Positions 14,937 to 23,194 of a DNA stretch of 35,613 nucleotides are shown here, piece after piece. The notes under the pieces are model-generated. The model searched no databases, was not told where the DNA came from, and worked only from the letters and a program-made list of their open reading frames with translations. A program made the translations under genes and the position numbers. How positions within the stretch are numbered: the stretch's first letter is position 1; every line of letters begins with the position of its first letter. The DNA is from a virus: the UHGV virus genome UHGV-0122175, one strand, 5' to 3'.

Positions 14937-15773
14937 ATGGCTAATGAAAAAAAGACATCCCGCAAAAAGTTTCGCGTGGCTGTCTCCGGATCAACTGTTG
15001 ATGGCCGTGAAATCAGTCCGGTGCATCTGCGTGAAGCCGCCGAGAACTTCAACCCGGATGTTTACGCTGCCCGCGTGAACGTTGAGCACTATCTCTCGCC
15101 ATGCCCGTCAAGCGAATTTTCCGCAATGGGCGATGTCACCGCACTGAGTACGGAAGACATTACGGAAGGTCCGCTGGCCGGACGTACTGCGCTGTATGCA
15201 GAAATCGAACCGACCGAGCGCATGAAGCAGCTTGTCGCGGACGGCAAGAAAATCTATTCCAGTATCGAACTGCACCCGCAGTTCTCCGTTAACGGGCGCG
15301 CCTATCTGGTCGGGCTGGCGATGACCGACACCCCGGCAAGCCTGGGCACTGAGCGCCTGAAATTCACGGCACAGCAACGTCAGGCGGTGATGACGTTCAA
15401 CAGTATCCAGGGTGAAGCGCCGCTTATCTCCGAAGCCATCGAGTCTGAAATCATCGAAATGGCAGAACAACGCCAGGAAGAAGGCACCCAGTGGTTTAAC
15501 CGCGTAATGGGGATTATTGGCCGTGGCCGCAAAGCAGATGACGCCAGTTTTTCCCGTATTCAGGAAGCGGTGGAAGGCGTCGCAACGTCACAGGCCGACA
15601 TTATCGACCGTTTTAATGTGCTGGAAACCCGCCATCAGCAGGACCGCCAGAAAATTACGTCACTGACCACAGAGCTGGCAGCACTGAAGGAAAAACTGCG
15701 CACGCAGGACGGCGATCCGCAGAACCGGTTCACCGCAACAGGTGCAGCCTCCGACCAGCTGGCTGACTTCTGA
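14937..15773 (+). CDS. O: Capsid scaffolding protein (P2 O-like)
   Basis: 278 aa, first gene of the rightward head operon, with a coiled-coil-like C-terminus. Confidence 0.85.
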   Translation: MANEKKTSRKKFRVAVSGSTVDGREISPVHLREAAENFNPDVYAARVNVEHYLSPCPSSEFSAMGDVTALSTEDITEGPLAGRTALYAEIEPTERMKQLVADGKKIYSSIELHPQFSVNGRAYLVGLAMTDTPASLGTERLKFTAQQRQAVMTFNSIQGEAPLISEAIESEIIEMAEQRQEEGTQWFNRVMGIIGRGRKADDASFSRIQEAVEGVATSQADIIDRFNVLETRHQQDRQKITSLTTELAALKEKLRTQDGDPQNRFTATGAASDQLADF

Positions 15774-15796
15774 TAAGACAAAGGAGCAAATTTTTT

Positions 15797-16849
15797 ATGA
15801 ATCTGGTGATGTCAGATATTACCCGCAACAAGCTGGGTTGCTATATGGCGCAGCAGGCGTCGCTTAATAATATTCCGGTTTCCGCACTGGTATCGCGATT
15901 TACCGTGGAACCCTCGGTGCAGCAGCGTTTTGAAAACGCCTCAAAGGAAAGCACCGAATTTACAAAAAGAATTAACGTGATCGGCGTGACCGACCAGAAA
16001 GGCGAAAAAATCCTCCTGGACACCACCGGGCCAATTGCACGCACGAATACCAGTTATGACGGCACAAAACGCCGTAACCCGAATAACGTGGTTGATCTGA
16101 AAAACCGCAAATACCAGTGCGAACAGGTGAACTACGACACGTTTATTTCATATCCGCAGCTTGATGCCTGGGCGGCACATCCTGATTTTCAGTCCCGCAT
16201 CAGCGCACAGATTGCCCGACAGGTGGCGCTTGACCGCATCATGATCGGTTTCAACGGCACGTCTCACGCGGATGAGTCCAACTTCAGCACCAACAAGCTG
16301 CTTCAGGACGTTAACGTGGGATGGCTGAAGCACATCAGAACCAACGCCAGCGAACGCGTTATGAATGACGTGACGCTGACCTCCCGCAACATGGACAACA
16401 CCGTGGCGCACGCGGGTAAGTATGCGAACGCTGATGCACTGGTACAGGACGCGCGTTCATCCCTGCTGGATGAATGGCACAAGGAAGCTGACGACCTTGT
16501 GGTGATTATGGGGCGCAACCTGTTTAACTCGCTGCGTCTGCCCGTGCTGAACAGCATCAGCGGCCAGAATCCCAATGCGGAATTACTTGCCGGGCAGCTC
16601 ATCCTGTCATCGCGCACCATTGGCGGGCTGGGCGTGTTCCTTGCGCCGTTCTTCCCGGATGCAACGATGCTGATCACCTCGTTCAACAACCTGTCGATTT
16701 ACTGGCAGAAAGGTTCAATGCGTCGCCTGATGAAAGACGAGCCGGAATACAACCGCATCGCCACCTACCAGTCCATCAATGACGCTTATGTCGTTGAAGA
16801 CTATGGCAAGTGCGCGATGGTCACTGGCCTGAAGTTCGCCGACAGCTAA
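15797..16849 (+). CDS. N: Major capsid protein (P2 N-like)
   Basis: 350 aa, immediately after the scaffold gene. Confidence 0.9.
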   Translation: MNLVMSDITRNKLGCYMAQQASLNNIPVSALVSRFTVEPSVQQRFENASKESTEFTKRINVIGVTDQKGEKILLDTTGPIARTNTSYDGTKRRNPNNVVDLKNRKYQCEQVNYDTFISYPQLDAWAAHPDFQSRISAQIARQVALDRIMIGFNGTSHADESNFSTNKLLQDVNVGWLKHIRTNASERVMNDVTLTSRNMDNTVAHAGKYANADALVQDARSSLLDEWHKEADDLVVIMGRNLFNSLRLPVLNSISGQNPNAELLAGQLILSSRTIGGLGVFLAPFFPDATMLITSFNNLSIYWQKGSMRRLMKDEPEYNRIATYQSINDAYVVEDYGKCAMVTGLKFADS

Positions 16850-16894
16850 TCAACTCACGGCGGGCATCATGCCCGCCAGTAACGGAGAGAACAA

Positions 16895-17695
16895 ATGATT
16901 ACTCCTGCACAGCAACACTGGCAGAACGTGATGGCACAGCGCGCAGGCCGGGCGAATGAAGGCGTGGACCACGCCGCGCGTACCGCGCATGAAGAGGTGC
17001 TGTATCGTCTGCGTCTGGCACAGGCCCGGCTTAAGGGCGTACAGGCCAGAAGCGCGAAAGCCGCCATCAAAAAAGAGTTGTTGCCGGATTTTTCCGGCTG
17101 GATTGAGGGAACGCTGGAGGCTGACGGCGGGCAGCAGGATGAAGTGATTGCCACGCTGATGGTGTGGGCGATTGACTGTGGCGATCTCCCGCTTGCGCTG
17201 CGTATCGGCGCGTATGTGGTCCGTCACAACCTCATCATGCCGGATAACTTTGGCCGTACTGCTGCCACGGTACTGACCGAAGAAATCTGCAACCCGGTAC
17301 TGACGCAGGCCGGGACGGATGCCGACGCGGATTTGTCCGCCTTTATCGAACCACTGGACACCCTCCGGGAGATTGTCACCGACCAGGACATGCCGGACGA
17401 AGTGCGCGCCAAATTATGCAAAGCGTGCGCCTTTGTCCGCCGTGGCCTGAGTGATGCGGACAGCATGGCCCTGTCACTAAAGCTGCTGCGCGAAGCAATG
17501 CACCTGAACCCGAACGCAGGTGTGAAACGCGAGATTGCAACCCTTTCCCGCGCCCTGAAAAAAGCCGATTCCGCAGCCGAACCAGAAGACGCCAGCGCAC
17601 CGCAGGCGCAGGACGAAAGCAGCAAAAGTAAAAAGACAACGCGGAAGCCTGCAACACGAAAAACCACCGCGACGCAGAAGGCGAAGCGCGGTTAA
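16895..17695 (+). CDS. M: Terminase small/endonuclease subunit (P2 M-like)
   Basis: 266 aa with a basic Lys/Arg-rich C-terminal tail, in the P2 M position. Confidence 0.8.
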   Translation: MITPAQQHWQNVMAQRAGRANEGVDHAARTAHEEVLYRLRLAQARLKGVQARSAKAAIKKELLPDFSGWIEGTLEADGGQQDEVIATLMVWAIDCGDLPLALRIGAYVVRHNLIMPDNFGRTAATVLTEEICNPVLTQAGTDADADLSAFIEPLDTLREIVTDQDMPDEVRAKLCKACAFVRRGLSDADSMALSLKLLREAMHLNPNAGVKREIATLSRALKKADSAAEPEDASAPQAQDESSKSKKTTRKPATRKTTATQKAKRG

Positions 17696-17798
17696 CGACT
17701 GACCCCGTCAGCGGGCGGCGTGCGCGGTGTTCCGGTTTGACTCCGTGACCGTTTACACCGCGCACCCACCGCCCGATTTTTTTCAGGAGTGAACCCCC

Positions 17799-18293
17799 AT
17801 GAGTATGGTTGCCAGAACCAACCCCGGCCCCGCAGAGGACGACATCACCGATACCGATGATGGTGATACCCGTATTTCAGCAGGTGCATTCTGGCCGGAT
17901 ATTGTGCTGCGTGAACTGCGTCTGGCGGTACGACTGCCGGGCCGTGTGACCACCTCCCGCCTGCTGCATACCGCCACCGGGGCCGTGGCACACGTTACCC
18001 GCGAGCTGGAAGCGTGGCAGCAGGAACAGCAGGCGGCTGGCCATCAGACGCTGGCCGATGTTCCGGCACCCGTAATTAACGGAGAAAGCGTCAATCTCTG
18101 GCACTGGCGCAATGCGGTTTACACCGCCACACGCGCCCTGATTCTGGAGCGTTACCGCGATGCGGACACAACGGACAAGGGCGACCGCCGGGCGGACGCA
18201 CTGGATATACAGACATCGGATTTGTGGCGCGATGTGAGCTGGGCCATCTCTGACATTCTGTGCCGCCCGCGAATCTTTGCGGAGTTGTGCTGA
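17799..18293 (+). CDS. L: Head completion/stabilisation protein (P2 L-like)
   Basis: 164 aa, position after M. Confidence 0.8.
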   Translation: MSMVARTNPGPAEDDITDTDDGDTRISAGAFWPDIVLRELRLAVRLPGRVTTSRLLHTATGAVAHVTRELEAWQQEQQAAGHQTLADVPAPVINGESVNLWHWRNAVYTATRALILERYRDADTTDKGDRRADALDIQTSDLWRDVSWAISDILCRPRIFAELC

Positions 18294-18493
18294 TGAAAGT
18301 GAAGGCACTGGAAGGCGACACCGTGGATTCGCTCTGTTTCCGGTACTACGGCACGACGCAGGGCGTCACCGAAAAGGTGCTGGATGCCAACCCCGGACTC
18401 TGTCAGCAGGTATTTCTGGACGCCGGGCAGGAAGTGGAGATGCCGGAGCCGGAAAAGAAGAAACGAGAAATGATTCAGTTGTGGGGGGAGTAG
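18293..18493 (+). CDS. X: Tail protein X
   Basis: ATG at 18293 gives a 66-aa protein (MKVKALEGDTVDSLCFRYYGTTQGVTEKVLDANPGL...). This matches the P2 gpX pattern (..GDT.D..C.RYYG.T.GV.E.VL.ANPGL) from memory. Confidence 0.75.
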   Translation: MKVKALEGDTVDSLCFRYYGTTQGVTEKVLDANPGLCQQVFLDAGQEVEMPEPEKKKREMIQLWGE

Positions 18494-18495
18494 CA

Positions 18496-18819
18496 GTGAG
18501 CACCATTCAAACAGGGATCACAGAGCAGGTTATTGCGTGGCTCTTTGACCACCTGCCAACGGTGTATGCAGTAGGCGCGGCGGTCAGCATTTCCGCGCTG
18601 ATGAGTCTTTATGACGGACGAACACTGATTCAGACCGTAACGGGATCGCTGGCGTGCGGCGTTCTTGCCATGGCCGTGGCCGGGTCATTGCGCTTCTTCG
18701 GTTTTCCTGAAGATGCCGTGACGTTTATCGGCGCATCAATCGGTTTTATGGGCGCAGAGAAAGCACGCGACAAGGTTATTGCAGCCTTTAATCGCAGGGT
18801 GAAGGAGAAGGACGAATGA
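18496..18819 (+). CDS. Holin (class I-like, three predicted TM segments)
   Basis: GTG start directly after the X stop. Three hydrophobic segments and a charged C-terminus. Immediately upstream of the endolysin. Confidence 0.6.
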   Translation: MSTIQTGITEQVIAWLFDHLPTVYAVGAAVSISALMSLYDGRTLIQTVTGSLACGVLAMAVAGSLRFFGFPEDAVTFIGASIGFMGAEKARDKVIAAFNRRVKEKDE

Positions 18820-19208
18820 GCAACACATTTAAATTCAGCAGCCGGAGCGAAAAGAATTTGCAGGGCGTAAATCCTGATCTGGTGAAAGTGACCCGACGGG
18901 CACTGGAAATTTCGGAAGTGGATTTTGGTATCACCGAAGGGTTGCGCAGCCGTTACCGCCAGAAGCAACTTGTGGCCACAGGTAAGAGCCAGACCATGAA
19001 CAGCCGCCACCTCACGGGACATGCCGTGGATGTTGTGGCTTATATCGGCAGCCAGGTGTCATGGGAATGGCCGCTGTACGAAAAAATCGCAGCAGCATTC
19101 AGACAGGCCAGCCGGGAACTGAATATTCCGGTGGAATGGGGCGGCGACTGGAAGACCCTGAAAGACGGACCGCATTTTCAGTTACCACACGGAGCCTATC
19201 CGGCATGA
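18816..19208 (+). CDS. Endolysin, peptidase M15-type (zinc D-Ala-D-Ala carboxypeptidase fold)
   Basis: 130 aa with an SRHLTGHAVDV motif typical of the VanY/M15 peptidase family. This is not a P2 K lysozyme homologue. Confidence 0.7.
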   Translation: MSNTFKFSSRSEKNLQGVNPDLVKVTRRALEISEVDFGITEGLRSRYRQKQLVATGKSQTMNSRHLTGHAVDVVAYIGSQVSWEWPLYEKIAAAFRQASRELNIPVEWGGDWKTLKDGPHFQLPHGAYPA

Positions 19209-19612
19209 AGCTCTGGTCCACGCTTGGCGTCGCTTTCCTTCTGATTGCCGGATGGGGAACATCCATGCGTCTGTCGTGGTCGCTGGGCCGGGAGAACGCC
19301 AGAAACGAAGCGCAGGCCAGCACCCTGAAAAGTACCGCCGACACCCTGAATATCATCAGCGCCGGGGTACAGGATATGCAGCAGGTGCTGGCGCAACTCC
19401 GCGTGGAAAATCAGCAACGCAATCAGGACGGAGAGGTAAGACGTGAACAGCTACGCAACGATATTGCAAAAGATGAATGCGCCCACGCTTTGCCTGACGC
19501 TCGTTTTACTGACAGGCTGCGCAGGCACGCAGAACGCGCCACTGCCAGCGCCGTCAGTCCGGCTTATACCGCAGACGCTGACCATACCGGTAACGCCTCC
19601 CCCCTTCCCTGA
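19205..19612 (+). CDS. lysB: i-spanin (Rz/LysB-like)
   Basis: ATGA overlap with the endolysin stop. N-terminal TM segment (MKLWSTLGVAFLLIAGW) then a coiled-coil-like periplasmic domain. Confidence 0.65.
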   Translation: MKLWSTLGVAFLLIAGWGTSMRLSWSLGRENARNEAQASTLKSTADTLNIISAGVQDMQQVLAQLRVENQQRNQDGEVRREQLRNDIAKDECAHALPDARFTDRLRRHAERATASAVSPAYTADADHTGNASPLP

Positions 19613-19763
19613 TACTCCCACATGGGGAAATCTCGGTATATGGGGCGACCGCCTTCTGGATGCACTGGAAACCTGTAACGCGGATAAACGGGCCATTGAA
19701 TTACTGGAACAGCGCAGGCTGCAACGACTGAACAACGAGGATAACAACCATGCTGAAAACTGA
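19443..19763 (+). CDS. lysC: o-spanin lipoprotein (Rz1/LysC-like), overlapping the i-spanin in another frame
   Basis: Lipobox LLTGC after a short signal sequence and a Pro-rich mature region. The start is probably the internal Met at 19473. Confidence 0.6.
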   Translation: MNSYATILQKMNAPTLCLTLVLLTGCAGTQNAPLPAPSVRLIPQTLTIPVTPPPFPDTPTWGNLGIWGDRLLDALETCNADKRAIELLEQRRLQRLNNEDNNHAEN

Positions 19764-20217
19764 TTCCCTGCGTGAAGCCATGACCCGTTCATGCCGATGG
19801 TGTCAGGCTAACCCGGAAAAATTCACCATTTTCGTGGAGAGCGGCAACATTGAAACGACCGGAGAAACGCCCTCGTTTGTTTACCGCTATCAGATGGTGA
19901 TGTTTGTCATGGATTACGCCGGAGAGCTGGACGACCTCACGCTGCCGCTGCTGGCGTGGTTATCCGAAAATCAGCCACAGTTGTTGCTCAATCCGGAGCG
20001 TAATCAGGACATCAAATTTTCCGCCGTTATCAATGACGATGACAGCGCCGATCTCCTGTTTACGCTCCCCCTGCGGGAACGCGTTCGCATCACGCGCAGC
20101 AGTCAGGGCACACCGCAGGCAGAACACCTGCCGGAGCCAAAACCCCGCCTGCCATCTTCCGAAGGCGACTGGTCGCATGTATTCCAGGATGTGACGTGGG
20201 GTGAAAGCGATGGATAA
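19750..20217 (+). CDS. R: Tail completion protein (P2 R-like)
   Basis: 155 aa, the same length as P2 R, in conserved position. Confidence 0.8.
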   Translation: MLKTDSLREAMTRSCRWCQANPEKFTIFVESGNIETTGETPSFVYRYQMVMFVMDYAGELDDLTLPLLAWLSENQPQLLLNPERNQDIKFSAVINDDDSADLLFTLPLRERVRITRSSQGTPQAEHLPEPKPRLPSSEGDWSHVFQDVTWGESDG

Positions 20218-20845
20218 GGCATTCACCCGCGTGGATGAAACCTTTGAGGCCATCCGCGACAGCCTGAATCAGCAGGCCATCAATAACATCGCCAGAAAGC
20301 TGGCACAGGATTTACGTCGCGCCCAGCAGGCACGTATCCGGTCACAGAAAGCGCCGGACGGGACCGCATGGACACCACGCAAACGCCGTGTAACCCGGAT
20401 ACAGGAACGCATTCGCTTTATCTGGAATAACGAAGCACGCACGCTGAAAAACTGGCATCACGACACGGGGAAATACGGGCGAACCATTACCGGGTGGGAT
20501 GAGGATAAAAACAATATCCGCACGTTTTACCGGGATGACATCGACCGTTTTCTGGAAATACGCACCCGGCGCATCAACCAGGACAGCACAAAGCGCGTCC
20601 CCATGTTCGTAAAACTGCGCACCGCCCGCTACCTGAAAGCCCGTGCAGATGCTTCCGGTGTGACGGTGGGTTACAGCGGCGTGGCCGCACGTATTGCCCG
20701 CGTTCATCAGTTCGGTGAGCGCGATCAGGTTGCGCCGGGCATTTTCACCGATTACCCGGTACGTGAGCTGTTGGGCATCAGTCAGGCAGATGAACGCCTG
20801 ATTTATAACACGGTGCTGGGCCGGATTGCGGAGGCTGTACGGTGA
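20210..20845 (+). CDS. S: Tail completion / virion morphogenesis protein (P2 S-like)
   Basis: ATG at 20210 overlapping the R stop. Position conserved. Longer than P2 S. Confidence 0.75.
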   Translation: MDKAFTRVDETFEAIRDSLNQQAINNIARKLAQDLRRAQQARIRSQKAPDGTAWTPRKRRVTRIQERIRFIWNNEARTLKNWHHDTGKYGRTITGWDEDKNNIRTFYRDDIDRFLEIRTRRINQDSTKRVPMFVKLRTARYLKARADASGVTVGYSGVAARIARVHQFGERDQVAPGIFTDYPVRELLGISQADERLIYNTVLGRIAEAVR

Positions 20846-21423
20846 GCGCAGAACTCATGCGACTGCTGAGCAATATCATCCGCACCGGGATCATCTCTGA
20901 AGTTGATGAGAAGTCCTGGCGCGTGCGCATTCGCAGCGGCGAACTGGAAACAGGCTGGCTGCGCTGGAACACCACGCGCGCGGGAGCCTTCAATGTGTGG
21001 CTGCCGCCATCACCAGGCGAACAGGTGGTAATTGCCTGCATTGGCGGCAACCCGGAAACCGCCATGATAATTGGCAGCCTGTGGAGTGATGCCAGTCCGG
21101 CCCCCGGCAAAAGCCTGAAAGAAATCGTGATCAGCGCGCCGGACGGCGCGGTGTTCCGCTACGACGCGGACGCAGGCGCACTGAGCGCCAGCGGCATGAA
21201 AACGGCCACTTTACAGGCATCCGTCAGCGTGAAACTGGACACGCCCGTCGTGGAATGCACAAACCTTCTGAGAACGGCGACGCTTGACGTCACAAAAGGA
21301 GGAAAGATGAGCGGCAATATCACGCACAGCGGCGGCAACTTCACCTCAAACGGCATTACCGTGCATACGCATAAACACGGTGGCGTGAAAGGCGGCAGCG
21401 ATTCGACAGGAGGCCCGCAGTGA
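20842..21423 (+). CDS. V: Baseplate spike/assembly protein (P2 V-like)
   Basis: 193 aa. NIIRTGII near the N-terminus and HTHKHGG near the C-terminus match P2 gpV as I recall it. Confidence 0.85.
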   Translation: MSAELMRLLSNIIRTGIISEVDEKSWRVRIRSGELETGWLRWNTTRAGAFNVWLPPSPGEQVVIACIGGNPETAMIIGSLWSDASPAPGKSLKEIVISAPDGAVFRYDADAGALSASGMKTATLQASVSVKLDTPVVECTNLLRTATLDVTKGGKMSGNITHSGGNFTSNGITVHTHKHGGVKGGSDSTGGPQ

Positions 21424-21770
21424 CAACCCGCTACACAGGAATGAACCCGGACGGGACGGGAAACCTGAACGATATGGAGCACCTGAAACAGTCAGTCAGG
21501 GATATCCTGACCACCCCGCTGGCAAGCCGGGTTATGCGACGGGAATATGGCAGCCTTGTGCCTGATTTGATTGACGAACCCATGAATAACACCACGCGTC
21601 TGCAATGCATGAGTGCTGCCGTGATTGCGCTGACACGATGGGAACCCCGCATTGCCCTGGATGCCATCGACGTTGTCTGGAAAGCGGGAGGCCGCGCCGG
21701 GGTGACGCTGTCGGGCACTGTCATGCAGACCATGCAGAATGTTGAATTAACCATCACGCTGAGGGAGTAA
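21420..21770 (+). CDS. W: Baseplate wedge protein (P2 W-like, gp25 family)
   Basis: 116 aa, size and position match P2 W. Confidence 0.85.
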   Translation: MTTRYTGMNPDGTGNLNDMEHLKQSVRDILTTPLASRVMRREYGSLVPDLIDEPMNNTTRLQCMSAAVIALTRWEPRIALDAIDVVWKAGGRAGVTLSGTVMQTMQNVELTITLRE

Positions 21771-21772
21771 TC

Positions 21773-22669
21773 ATGCCCGCCGTTGACCTTTCACAGTTAC
21801 CGGACCCCGCCATCATCGCGGAGCCTGACTTTGAGGCAATTCTGGCTGACACAAAGGCCATGATGATTGCGGCTTATCCCGCCGAACAGCGTGAAGCCGT
21901 TTCCGCCGCGCTGGAGCTGGAATCGGAACCCCTTAACGTTATCGCTCAAACCATGTCGTTTCGTGAAATGCTGTTACGCCAGCGGGTTAACGAGGGGGCA
22001 CGCGCCTGCATGTTAAGCCACAGCGCCGGGACAGACCTGGACAACCTCGCGGGCAATATGAACACAAAGCGCCTGGTTATCACTCCGGCAACGGATACCA
22101 CCGACGCGGTGATGGAGAGCGACACCTCGCTGAGACTGCGGGCGCAGCGGGCGTACGACGGCCTGAGTGTTGCTGGCCCGTCAGGTGCATACGAGTATTT
22201 TGCCCGCAGCGCCAGCGGTCTGGTGCGTGATGCGCGGGCTATCAGTCCGTCTCCGGCAAATGTGACGGTTTCCATCCTGTCCACTGAAGGCGACGGCACG
22301 GCAACGGAGGCGTTGCTTAATACCGTTCGCGCCGTTCTGAATGCAGAGGATACCCGCCCGGTGGCCGACCGCCTGACCGTACAGAGCGCCAGCATCGTGA
22401 CATGGCGGCTGAATGCAAAACTGTACTTTTACCCCGGTCCGGAATCCGAACCTATTCTGGCCGCGGCAGAATCGTCATTCAGGAAGTGGCTGGCTGAACA
22501 GGGGCTTATCGGTCAGGACGTGGCGTTGTCCGCCATTGCTGCCGCACTTCATGTACACGGCGTGCAACGCGTGGAGATAATCGAACCCACACAGAATATG
22601 GCCATCAGTGACATACAGGCGGCGCGCTGTGAGTCATTCACCATCAGCGAAGGTGGGCGTAATGAGTAA
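21773..22669 (+). CDS. J: Baseplate protein (P2 J-like)
   Basis: 298 aa, position after W. Confidence 0.85.
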   Translation: MPAVDLSQLPDPAIIAEPDFEAILADTKAMMIAAYPAEQREAVSAALELESEPLNVIAQTMSFREMLLRQRVNEGARACMLSHSAGTDLDNLAGNMNTKRLVITPATDTTDAVMESDTSLRLRAQRAYDGLSVAGPSGAYEYFARSASGLVRDARAISPSPANVTVSILSTEGDGTATEALLNTVRAVLNAEDTRPVADRLTVQSASIVTWRLNAKLYFYPGPESEPILAAAESSFRKWLAEQGLIGQDVALSAIAAALHVHGVQRVEIIEPTQNMAISDIQAARCESFTISEGGRNE

Positions 22670-23192
22670 TTCACTGTTACCGCCATCAGCCAGCAATTTC
22701 ATGCGTTATGCCGAAGCTGTCGGAACGCGCATTACAGACATCCCGGTAGACCTCAACACACTGTGGTCGCCGGATACCTGCCCGGTGCATCTGCTGCCTT
22801 ATCTCGCCTGGGCATTTTCCGTTGACCGCTGGGATCGCAACTGGCCGGAAGAGACAAAGCGACAGGTTATTCGTGATGCATGGCTGATACACCGACACAA
22901 AGGGACCATCAGCGCACTGCGCAGGGCCATTGAACCACTGGGATACCTCATTCGCGTGTCTGAGTGGTGGGAGTTCGGAGGAAAACCGGGAACATTTACC
23001 GTTGAAGTCGGCACACTGGACAGTGGTGTGACGGAGGAAATGTATCTGGAAATGGAGCGGTTGATTACTGATGCCCGTCCGGTCAGCCGCCACATGACAG
23101 GGCTGAATATCATTCAGGAAATTCCGGGGGATATTTTCGCAGCGGCGGCAACTTATGACGGTGAAGTTATTACCATTTATCCAGGCGATTAA
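22662..23192 (+). CDS. I: Baseplate protein (P2 I-like)
   Basis: ATG at 22662 gives 176 aa, the length of P2 I. Overlaps the J stop. Confidence 0.8.
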   Translation: MSNSLLPPSASNFMRYAEAVGTRITDIPVDLNTLWSPDTCPVHLLPYLAWAFSVDRWDRNWPEETKRQVIRDAWLIHRHKGTISALRRAIEPLGYLIRVSEWWEFGGKPGTFTVEVGTLDSGVTEEMYLEMERLITDARPVSRHMTGLNIIQEIPGDIFAAAATYDGEVITIYPGD

Positions 23193-23194
23193 GT

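Noticed and set aside
16850-17765. Minus-strand ORFs overlapping the M gene
   Set aside because: They are antisense to a conserved terminase-subunit gene in GC-rich DNA with low-complexity products, and are most likely spurious.
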